Assembly (NCBI GenBank): GCA_001643675.2
Contig: LSRY02000019.1
Coordinates: 186,001 to 250,000, forward strand
DNA: 64,000 bases
Direction: 5' to 3'
From: Monocercomonoides exilis PA203
Lineage: Eukaryota; Protista; Preaxostyla
Below the pieces are notes generated by a model. It saw only the letters and a program-made list of their open reading frames with translations. It had not been told where the DNA came from and ran no database searches. The position numbers and the translations under genes were made by a program. Of the stretch, positions 10,646-20,880 are shown piece by piece (position 1 is the first letter of the stretch; each line of letters opens with the position of its first letter).

Positions 10646-12653
10646 GGGTCATACTTTTTTTTGTACCCATTTTTTTAGTACCCAAATTTTTCGAAATGAA
10701 AAATTTTTAAAAAAATTCAGAAAAATACAAAACTCGAATCTAATTTGCGAATGACTTTTCTTTTTCCCTTTCCTCTCTCAGTTTCATCAGATGATTCTTT
10801 CTCTATATCGTTCTCATCTTAAAGTATTTTGAATTTTCTTTTCAGCTTTTTTGTGAAATTCATTGTTTCATCATTTTCTTCATCCGAGATGTTTTCTTTT
10901 TCATTTTCCATTTCGCTTTTCTTTTTCAAATAATCATCCCACTCACTTAAAAGATTTTCTTCTGTTATTTCTTTACCGTAGTAGTCAAATCGATTTTTAT
11001 GTGAAGGAAGAGGATAAGTCGATGATTGAGGAAGCTTCATCAGAACTGTCCCAGACGAGTCTTTCAACACGCCGTAGCATTTGAATGCTCTTTTGATGAC
11101 CGAAGGTGATAGCTCCGAATGAATTGATTGTTGAAGAGCTTCCACCAGAGCTGTTCTCTTTACAGTTGAAGACGACAATAAAGAGCTTTGACATGTGAAA
11201 TCATTCCAGATTTCAGAACTGCAAATATACCTTAATCCAGTGGACGTTTGATGTGTGTGCTGTGAGGGACGAATGTCACAACATCCATATTTTCTTTTTT
11301 GAACTCTCGCCAGATTGTTGGATCTGTTCGAGACATGTGGGAGTCTATAAGAAGCAAGCAGTGCGATTCGTCAAGTGACATGCGTTGCCTTCTTTCTTTG
11401 ATTGAAGGGAGAAGAATTTAAAGCGCACACTTCCTAAACGTTGAAGATTCTATCTATCTGCATTTGTTCAGCCAAAACTCAAGATTCAAAAACTGAAGAG
11501 GCTTCAAGTCATCAGGAAGTTTGAGACTCGGCCACAGAATCACTGAAGGAAGTGATTGACAGTCAGCTGCAACCGCAGCAATCAGTGCAGAATTCGCCAT
11601 TTGCGCCGCAGATTTTGCGAAATTGGGTTTTTCATTTGCCGCATGAAAAACGTTCCGATTGGAGTTGTCGGGGACACTGAGTGAAGAGTCGTCCACGTTT
11701 AAAATCAGTGAGTTGTTGTAACTGTTGTTCTGATGAAATCCGTTGAGCATATCATACCAGGGCTTTAGAACTCATTGGCATGATACTGCAAGCCTGTCTG
11801 CATCAATAATTTTCGGCTTTGATGCCTTCAGCTCTGGATGTCGTTTGATGAAATCGTAGGCAACTGACACAGAAGCTTTGACATCTGGTGTGTTCTTTGG
11901 TGTTTAATCATCAACAACATTTTCAATCTAATTAATATTAATAAATGCATTTCAAAGAATATATATGCAAACCAGTTCACACATTTTCTTGATGGTTAAT
12001 CTTACTCCAGACAGTGATTCTATTTTTTTTTCGTCCAACACTGTTTGCTCTTTTTCGCCAATGACCACAGAAGGTCTTCCAATTTTCTAAACAAGTCTGC
12101 CTTGCCGAACAGCCTTCACCAACCGCTTGATTCGAATTTTGCTGAATTTTTTGATGTTGTTTGCATCCACCATGCGCGCAGATCCATCGTTAACTATATG
12201 CGCCATTCGTTCCAGTGGATTTCGAAATTGTCTGTATTTGAAAGATAGCATCGCCTCCCGCAGCTTCAGCTAACCAGCAGAAGATTTCCTTGTAAATTCG
12301 TTTTTCATTTTTAATTTTTTGGATAATAATCATTAAGCCAATTTATTTTATTTATTATTAAACATTTCAATTTTCATTGAAATTCACTTTTTTGTGCATT
12401 AAATGCTTATTTTTTTGAATTTAACACATTAAAACCAACATGTAACTGATAGAATCTCAACGGGAGGCTTTTAATCCTCCACTCACAACCCCCATAAGAA
12501 ACACGTTATGCATTTAAATGTATTTATTCAGTTGGTAATATTTTTCTTATATACCAAAAATGCTATTAATAAATCGAAAATGTGGGTGGCTGAATAATTT
12601 ATATATTAAAAAAAGGATCGAATAAAAAAAAGGATCTAATAAAAATATGACCC
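10646..12653 (-). mobile_element. Full-length, inactivated pogo/Fot-like (DDE_1, DD35D) DNA transposon
   Basis: Termini GGGTCATA(C/T)TTTT are inverted at both ends, with TA flanks (10644-45, 12654-55). The internal transposase is listed separately. Confidence 0.88.
10819..12310 (-). pseudogene. DDE_1 transposase pseudogene with HTH/CENP-B-like N-terminus
   Basis: Motifs: KIGRPSV linker, FIKRHPEL, ILNVDDSS (first D), LLLIDSHMSR (second D) and PHSTHIKRPLD*GIF (third D, 35 residues after the second). Stops and frameshifts present. Predicted GT-AG intron 11928-11972. Confidence 0.88.
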
Positions 12654-13363
12654 TATCGCCTTCTTCTTCATCAACAACAACGTTCAATACTTATTATCCT
12701 CTCTCAAATGGTGTTCAGCATCTTCCAATATGTTTATCACATCTTCAAAATGATTTGGAAAATTTTCTCTTTAATAATATCAAAATTTTTGTATTTTTTG
12801 TCAAGCTATAAAATAAGCAAAGAACAATAATTGAAGTTCACTTTTGATCTCTAAAATAAACAACTGTTTTGATTCACATCTTTTGAATATTCATTTGACT
12901 CAACTTTCAACCTTCAGAGAAAGAACAAATTGTGAAGAAATTATTGACAAAAATATTTATAATCCATTTAACATTTTTGAAACATTTTCGCAATTCAATA
13001 ATGTTTCGATATTATCCCCCTCAATAATGAAAGTCTTTATAAAATTAAAGCAGATTAAGTTTGGAAAAAATCATGGCTTTTCTCAAAATAGTAAAAATTT
13101 CCCACATTTATCCCAAATTAATTCTATCTCTTCATGAAAAAATTCACAAATTGATTATTTTTCAATAATTCTCTAAAAAATTTTATAAATATATTGTGCT
13201 TGTCAGTTTTTGATTAAAAAATGAAACAAAAATCTATTTTGAACATTTATTATTTGTGAAAGTGTTAAAACAAAATTAAGCAATGGAATAGATCACATTT
13301 TGTTTTGTTGTGTTCGTTGTCATTTAGCAATTAATTTCAGACATAAATAAAATTACAACTCCC

Positions 13364-16300
13364 ATGTTAGCTCACACTTAAATTAAAATTTATAATTCTT
13401 ATTTTTTGTTTGCTATTATTGATTAAAAAATAGGAGTTCTATTCAACCGATAATTTGCCAGTTTTGCCGTCAACAAACACACGAACGCACTCAACAATCT
13501 GATGACGTTGAATTTTCTGTGTGCTCAAAATGCGGAGAGCACATATACTCGGAATATACGACCGATTTTTCTGAGGCAATGATGGAAAGTTTATCGTTTG
13601 AAGATTTCCCGCTTGAAACCTTTGTAACAATGACAGAAGTGCCTAAAAAATTCGAATCACATTATCCTGAACATGCTCCATTTTTTGAAATAGCATCAAT
13701 TGCAAATGTTGATGTTATTCCTTCAATTTTTCTTCCTTTCAAAAGGTTTACATTTTAATGAGAAATCAAAAATTTATTATTTCTTCATTTTATTTTTTTC
13801 TGATGCTTTGGAACTAACAAGAGCCCTTCCGCCAGATTTGGTATCTTTTCAAACACAAACTGAAAAGTTATTTGCAGATTTGAGTCAGAGTCTAACAGTT
13901 CCACTTAGTGTCTCAGGAATACCTCAATTCCTTTCTGAATATCCCCCCTCAAAATCAATTTCTATCGATACATATTATGACATCGTGGAGCAAATGAATA
14001 GTTCAGCACCTCTATCTGCAGATGCAATTTCGCAATATTTTGATGAAAGACGGAGTTTGAATTCTTTTTTCAAAAAAAAAATTTCTGTTTTGGGTTAACA
14101 TATTTCGTGTACTGAATACTTTTGCTATGTTAATTAGAATCACCCACATTTAGACGCAGAACACCCACACCGCCCTCAACCCCATCTCGCACCGGGTCCA
14201 ACAGCAGTGCTTCCAGGACACCTCGAAGAGGATCAATATCGCCTTCTTCATTTGGCAGCAGCGGACAAGGGAGGCGCAAGTCTCCAGCAACTGTCCGCAT
14301 CTCCAGCTCTGCGAACTCTCCTCTTGATGCGCTTAGTCCCCAGCAGCCAGCAAAGCCACAGATGACGACGTACAGATGGGAGGCGTGGATGTCCAGCTTA
14401 AGTCCGCAGGCTGTGCAGCTCATTGGCACACTCATCATCACAGAGATCTGCATCCACACACACACAGACAGACGCTTCATTCGCTCCTCTGCTGCGCTGT
14501 ATGTGCGCCTGTGGGACATACAGACAGAGTGGATTGCGTGGATGGAGGAAAGACAGAGGAAAGAGAAGGAGAAGGAGAAGGAGAAAGAAAGAGGGAAAGA
14601 GAAAGATAAGTTGTCAAAGGATTTTAGAGGGAGAGTCGGAAGAAGCGGAATGGGATCGAACCAAATAACCCCCAATTTGTGTTATGGTGCGAATAAAAAG
14701 TCGCCGCCTCGCGCTGAAGACATCGTGAATCCTTTTGCCAATTCACAGTCAGCAGGCAATTTGACATCCTCTGCATCTCCTCCGCCATTCAATGGAGCAG
14801 CAATCCAACCGCCATATCCTCTTCTGCCTTTCTCGTTTGCTTCACAAGGCACCACCCCTGCTTCTCTTCCACAAAACAGCGTGGCTTCTCTTTCTCCTCC
14901 TCAGAACATTAGTCATGCCACCATCCAGCATCCATTCTCTTCCTCTTCCTCTTCTTCTCCTTCTGCCCCATCTCGCAGAGTTGTCCGTGCGCTTTCGCCT
15001 TCTCTTTCACCAAAGCGCAATTACCCTCACTCTTTTTCTCCTCCGCCAGGAATCGACCAGCGCGTGTCGCCATCGCCTGCTTATCCGTCCAACGTCCTTC
15101 TGCCGCCGGAGCTGCAGACACAGCAGCAGCAAGCGTCTTCGCTGACTTCAGTCAAAATGGAGCAGTACTTTTTGCTGTCTGCGAATCCAGCTGCATCTGC
15201 TGCTGATGTTCCACTCACACCTTCCACACTCACATCCATCAATGTGCCTGTGACACACACGGTCTCTTCGTCTTCTTTCACAACTGCCTCGTTCTCTCCT
15301 GCAGCGGCGTCTGTGCCCCACTCGTCGATGGCTTCTGCTGCAACTTCTCGTTCAGGCACTCCCCCGCTCACGCGCACAGTCACCTCCACATCTACACACC
15401 CGCCTTCCCAGTCGTCTTCTCCCCCACCTTTCACTCCTTTCTTTGGGTCGTCCCACGGCGGCACTGCATTTCCACCATCACTTACAACTTCATCTTCATT
15501 CACAGCACAGACGCCTGCGTCCAACACATCTCTGTCTCCTTCTTCGCTGTCTCCGCCTTCTTTGTCTCCTCCCTCACACTCCACTTCGGTATTGGCAAAA
15601 GCGAAAAGCCCAGCTGGCACTGGAAGTGCATCAGAAGCAAACTCTACAATGCAAAAAGAAGGGCCATCAGCTGTTGCCTTGATACCAACTGCTATGACCA
15701 CTTCATCCGCACAGCAACCAGCACAATATCCTGTTTCTGCTCCTCTACTTACACCCACCTCGTCTTTTTCATCGTCAACAGCATTTCCACAAACTACTCT
15801 GCAGAACCAGCCTATGCTCACAACATACGCACAGCCACAAGCCGTGCTACCTCCCTCAGCTTTTCTCAGCATGGCAGCCGAGTTGCAACCATCACAAAAA
15901 CTCCAATCTTCGTCATTGGGCACAGCTGCTACTTCAGTTTCATCAGCTGGCTCTCGCCCTGAACTGTGTTGTATGCCATCATCGTCGTCTTCAGCCACTG
16001 CCGCAGCCATTTCATCCATCTCGCCCACTTTCGCAGCACTTTGCGAGTCCCTTCTCCCTCAGCACTCGATCATCTTCCCTCCACCTTTCTCTCCAGCTGT
16101 GATGGCAATAGCGGCATTCATGCTGGTGACACGCGAAGACAACCACCCTCGTTCATTTTCTGATCTGAAGCAGGCACTCCAGCACTGCGGGCTGAGCACC
16201 TCACTCGACATCTCAGCTGGCTCCATCGTTTCCACACAGCACTTCTTTTCGGGCTTTCTGCGGCTGCGCCAGCCGTTTCCTGCGATCATCGGGCAGGTCG

Positions 16301-17151
16301 AGGCGGATCTGCGGAGAGCGGCGCGTACGCTGCGTCTGTCTGAAGAAGAGGAAGAATTTGCATCTCTGTTTGCACATTCACTTCTACTTCATCCATTGTT
16401 TTCGCGGAGGAACGCACCATCGACGATTGCTGTGTCGATTCAGAGCTCATTGAAGTTTCTGACGACAATGTCAGCTGACTTGACTGAAAAGGAGTGGAAG
16501 CTGCGCTGCCAGATGGATCAGAGGAAGCAGCAGAGATTGCAGGAAAGGCAGATAAGGCTGTCGAAGATGATGCAGGAATCTCCATCAATGTCTTCTTCAT
16601 CCACATTGGGGCAGTCATCTTCGAAGAGGGGTGGACATTCGCACTTCAACCGCCAACAGCCTGCCGCGCCGATACACTCGAAAAGGCAGAATGAAATATG
16701 CTCAGCTTCAAAAGTGAGCGAGGTTACGATGAGGAGGATGTGGAAGGAAACAGAGCAGATTCTGGATGAGCTGACGGTTGAGATGAATCAAAGATGGAAA
16801 GAGAAGGAGAAGGAGATGAAGAAGAGACTGAAGAAAGAAGAAGAGGAGGAAATAGCGAGAGAAGCAGAAGATGAAGAAAGAGAAATAATGAAGTGGAAGA
16901 AAGAGCAAATGGATAGCAAGTCAGTGTTTCTAGCTGAAGATGCGAAGTCCAGCGGGATTTTATCAATTGGCAAAGAAGAGAAAACACCTGCAATCAAACA
17001 AGAAGTGGCTTCTGATTCAATGAATACAAAGGGAGTAGCAACACTTGAGAGAGGAAGAAATCTGACGAGACGAAAGGATATGCTTGGATTTCAGCCTCTA
17101 ACACCTGAAGAAACGTTGAAGCCAAAGAGCAAGCAAAAATCAACAAAGTGA
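13364..17151 (+). CDS. TFIIB/BRF-family transcription initiation factor-like protein (~1186 aa, 4 exons)
   Basis: Exons 13364-13365, 13434-13745, 13822-14054 and 14138-17151 splice in frame via GT-AG (CTAAC branch site before 13822). Zn ribbon CQFC-x18-CSKCG. Cyclin repeat 1 end: AIAAFMLVTREDNHPRSFSDL. Repeat 2: RRNAPSTIAVSI...QNEICSASKVSEVTMRRMWKE. The first exon is less certain. Confidence 0.8.
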
Positions 17152-17462
17152 GAAAAAAACAAAAAACAACAGTTTAATTCCGATATTGCGATATAGCAAC
17201 AATGAATAGATGAGACACCTTTTCACTTGGCATTATAAAGGTGATGCGTTACTCAAACGAGCATTTGAAGGGTTGAACGTGCTGATGGTATCACAAAAAT
17301 TTGCAACAATTAACTTCAACCTAACATTTTTATGCGAATGATTTTCGATGGTGAAATGCAAGTAAAAAAAAAAAATTAAAAGAACAACTATTCGTCACAT
17401 TCAAATATCACAATGATGAACTTGAATCAGCAAAGCACCCAATTCAATCTACAAATTTTCGT

Positions 17463-20008
17463 TTAGCAGCCTTCAGGATAAGGCTTCCAGTCAGGAGGAG
17501 AGGCTCCACAGTTGTCAAACATGTGGTCGTGTGGTGTGATGGTGTTGTAGTACTGAACATCCATCACATACGGCCCCATCAGCTGGCAATAAGGTTTCAC
17601 CACAGGCAGAGTCGAGACACATCGGGGGGATATGCGTGCTGCTGGGTTTGTGTCAAAGATGTTGAGCTTGAAATGCGACAGAACAAAAGAAATTGAAAAG
17701 AAAGGGGAATATTTTGGAATAAGGCAAGATGAATATTTCACTTTGAAAGCAATCTGCAAACCATCAAAATGTCTTTTGGAGTCAGCTCAGTTGGATTAAA
17801 AGTGATGTTGCCCAGAACTCCACCAGCTCGAAGCATGTTCGCAACAACGGTTGAACATACAAGCATTGGTCCATCCTGATTTGCAAAGAAATAAGAAAGA
17901 AAGAAAGAAATTATTTTAATTGTGGATCAGAATTATGCCAGTTTATAATGAAAAGAAAAGAAATGGAGATTAAACGAAGAAAACATATCAAGTTAAAAGA
18001 AGTTTTGCTTCCTTTCAACAAATTGAAAAAGAAAAGAAAAGAAAAGAAAAGAAAAATCATATTTCCTCCTTTACCCACAAACCTGATACATCCAAGATTC
18101 GTCTTCAGGAATCGCAGCAATGTCGAACAAATCCAGTCCCAGTTTGTTTGCAGTGGTGATGCATTCCTCAATTGAATGGCAAGGTCTTTCATCGAATATG
18201 TGGAAGAGCCTCATGTTGACTGCTTCAATCAGATGCTGCGACACAACTTTTGGTTTGACATGGCCAGCCAGCATCAGAAAGAAGATGAGGGACTCGCGAG
18301 TGAAGTCGGTGGGGATGTTGTTATTTGGCGTGTCGATTGCAATGAACGGGAACGCTGTTGTGGAGAAGGCCTTTTCGTGGGAGTGGAACCATTCCCACGC
18401 GGCTGTGCTGTTGAAGGAAGAGGAAAGAGAGGATTCCAATGGAAGAAGAGAGACTGCATAGCCGTGTGAATGGTAAAGAGTCATCCACTCACGAAACGGG
18501 GTCTGAGAGCGAAGAATGAGATGTCAAACACAATAGGATAATATTAACGAGAAGAAGAAGAGGGAGAAAAAAGTGAAATTATAATTATAAGTTTGCACCA
18601 ATCAATCGAATAAATGGAAAACCTTTCGAAATCCATTTCCCCAGGGAGGCTGCGGATCAGGGAAGAAGTTTGCATTTGTTGTCTCTACCACAAATAGTTC
18701 GTCATTCTCGTCTCGAAGGCACACTAAGATAGATGTGAAATACAAAGAACATGAGAACAATGAAAAGCATTGAAATTTAATGTTTTTTTAACTAAATATG
18801 ACGACAATCACAATTCATTCATTTTTCTATCAAAGCAAAATGAAACACCCAAAATTCAAACATGAAATACATATTAAAATACTAAATAATTCTTTTTCTC
18901 ATTTTCATTTTCATTTCTCTAACAAATGCAACAAACTGACAATATGCGATATGTGTGTTCCGTAGAAGTACCATCCAAAAGTGTTTGCTCCAGTCAGAAT
19001 GTGACACGCCAGCAAATCTCCAGAACGGATTCTCCTTTCGATGGAATTTACGTCTTCCTTGTTGTCATCTAATCCAAGTACGATCGAGTCGTTTCGCTGT
19101 GTAAATGTGTAGTTCATTTGGTCTTGATGGAACTGCTTCAGCGTCTTTTCATCTGACGTTGAGAGCGCTTTCACCAGCTGCATAATTCTCCATGCAGATT
19201 TGAGAAGAGGACCAATCCTTGAATAACAAATCGATTACATTTAGAGATATTAGTCATTACACAAATGATAACATCAAGCAGAGAAAAAAATATTTTTCAA
19301 AATAATTTGAACATGATTGATAGGGATAAAAAACAATTTTTTTGAATTGCAGCAAACTTCTGATCAAAAGTGAAGATGCGGACTCCATTCGCCTCAACAT
19401 CCAGTATTTCTGTAACGTTTTTCCAACCTTTCAAAGTTATTTTGTGAATTCCCTAATTCACATAAAAATAGTTATAAATAGCGTTGCTGTAATGAAGGAC
19501 AAACTTCTTTTGAAAGAGAATGAAAAGCCATCCTGTGAGAAGTCATCAATATTATCCATTCTGACCCAAATGCATGACTTTTATTAGTTGCATGAATCTC
19601 CAAAATCATTCCCTTTGTTTCATTTATCTGAAGTGATAAATTCAATGAGCCAAAAACTGAACTTTGAAACTTCAGTGGAACATTTTCTTTTACAGATCCT
19701 GCAACATTGATATGACAACAGAGAAATGAAATAAATTAACATGAAATAATACCTTTGTAGCGAGGGATTGCATCAAATGGTTTTTCAGTTTGAGCTTCAA
19801 TGACAAATTTTGTGGCCTCTTCGGATTCTTTCTTCGCGTTTTTCAAAATTTTGTTTAAAGGAAGATCTATACTATCAATTTCGCATTTAAAAATAGATTG
19901 TTTTTGGAAGGTTGTTGCTCGACTTGTTTTGGTATTTTGAACTCCTTCCAGCCAACCACTATTTTCAAGTTCAACAGAAAGGCTTAATAGCAAGATAAAA
20001 TTAAGCAT
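17463..20008 (-). CDS. Secreted conserved protein of the plant At1g70160/At4g27020-like family; possible permuted NlpC/P60 (papain-like) amidase
   Basis: Multi-exon, with signal peptide MLNFILLLSLSV. Motifs IRSGDLLA, GTHISH, LLPL...FNSTAAWEW, IPEDESWMYQDGPMLVCS, TELTPKD and YCQLMGPYVMD...YNTITP..HMFDNC...PPDW...PEGC* match the recalled family consensus. Confidence 0.75.
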
Positions 20009-20738
20009 ATGTCAAATTTATTGAAGTGTGGGAAAATATTCACAAACTAAACTCATTGCATTCGTATACAGTACAAATGCATTTCGAGCTTAAAAAAAAC
20101 AATATTTCTATCAGGATGAAATTTTTTATTCTTTTTTATAAAAATAAAATGCGGTTCTTCAAAATGAGTTTCAAAACAAAAAAAGATAAAAAGATATTTT
20201 AAAATCAAAAAACAGTTAATATTCCAATGGGAAATGATCAACAATGAAAAAATAAAAGTTATCGAATGCACATTTGTTTGCTCAATTTTCAAAATAAATT
20301 CAAATCTCTTGCGTTAAATAATTTTGATGGGAATATTTGAACGAATTTTAAAAGGACGAGAATGACTATGAGGTTGAAAAGTTAAAATGTTTAAAGGTTT
20401 GCTTTATTTCAAGTGTAATTGAGATATCCGGACTTTATTTGAAGTAAAATGTGAATAATTTATATTCGTTATGCGATTAGCAAAAACGATCAAATTTGTA
20501 AATGACTCCGATAAAAGCATTTAAAAGAGATCAAAAAAACTTCCAAAAATCAGTAAATGCAAAATCTGAGCGAAAGCTATGATTTTCATTCGCTTAAGTA
20601 TTAACGAATGCGCGGTATGGAGAAACGTGTTTATGAAATGAAATTAAAGACAAATGTGAAGTGAAAGAAAATATGTTATTGTTTCATTACAAAATTGTTA
20701 TTATTAAATCAACTAACAAAAGATGGTCTTTTAAACAA

Positions 20739-20810
20739 GCGGCTTTAGCTCAGCGGTAGAGCAAGTGACTGCAGATCACTAGGTCACCGGTTCAATTCCG
20801 GTAGGCCGCT
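20739..20810 (+). tRNA. tRNA-Cys (GCA)
   Basis: Cloverleaf: acceptor GCGGCTT/AGGCCGC, D-arm GCTC/GAGC, anticodon stem AGTGA/TCACT with loop CT-GCA-GA, T-arm ACCGG-TTCAATT-CCGGT. Discriminator U73. Confidence 0.97.
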
Positions 20811-20811
20811 G

Positions 20812-20817
20812 TTTTTT
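20812..20817 (+). terminator. RNA polymerase III terminator (T-run)
   Basis: TTTTTT starting 2 nt after the tRNA 3' end. Confidence 0.8.
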
Positions 20818-20880
20818 ATCCATATTTTTTGAAAAATGAGAATTGTCCCAGTATTATTTTTATTTTTTAGAAGATAATTT

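Noticed and set aside
10819-12310. Apparent CpA/TpG-biased, RIP-like mutation of repeats (e.g. putative GGA TGG ATG to AGA TAG ATA)
   Set aside because: Stop codons arising by transition are mostly CpA-context anyway. Mismatches between the 43.5-kb MITE arms include many transversions. A multi-copy alignment would be needed.
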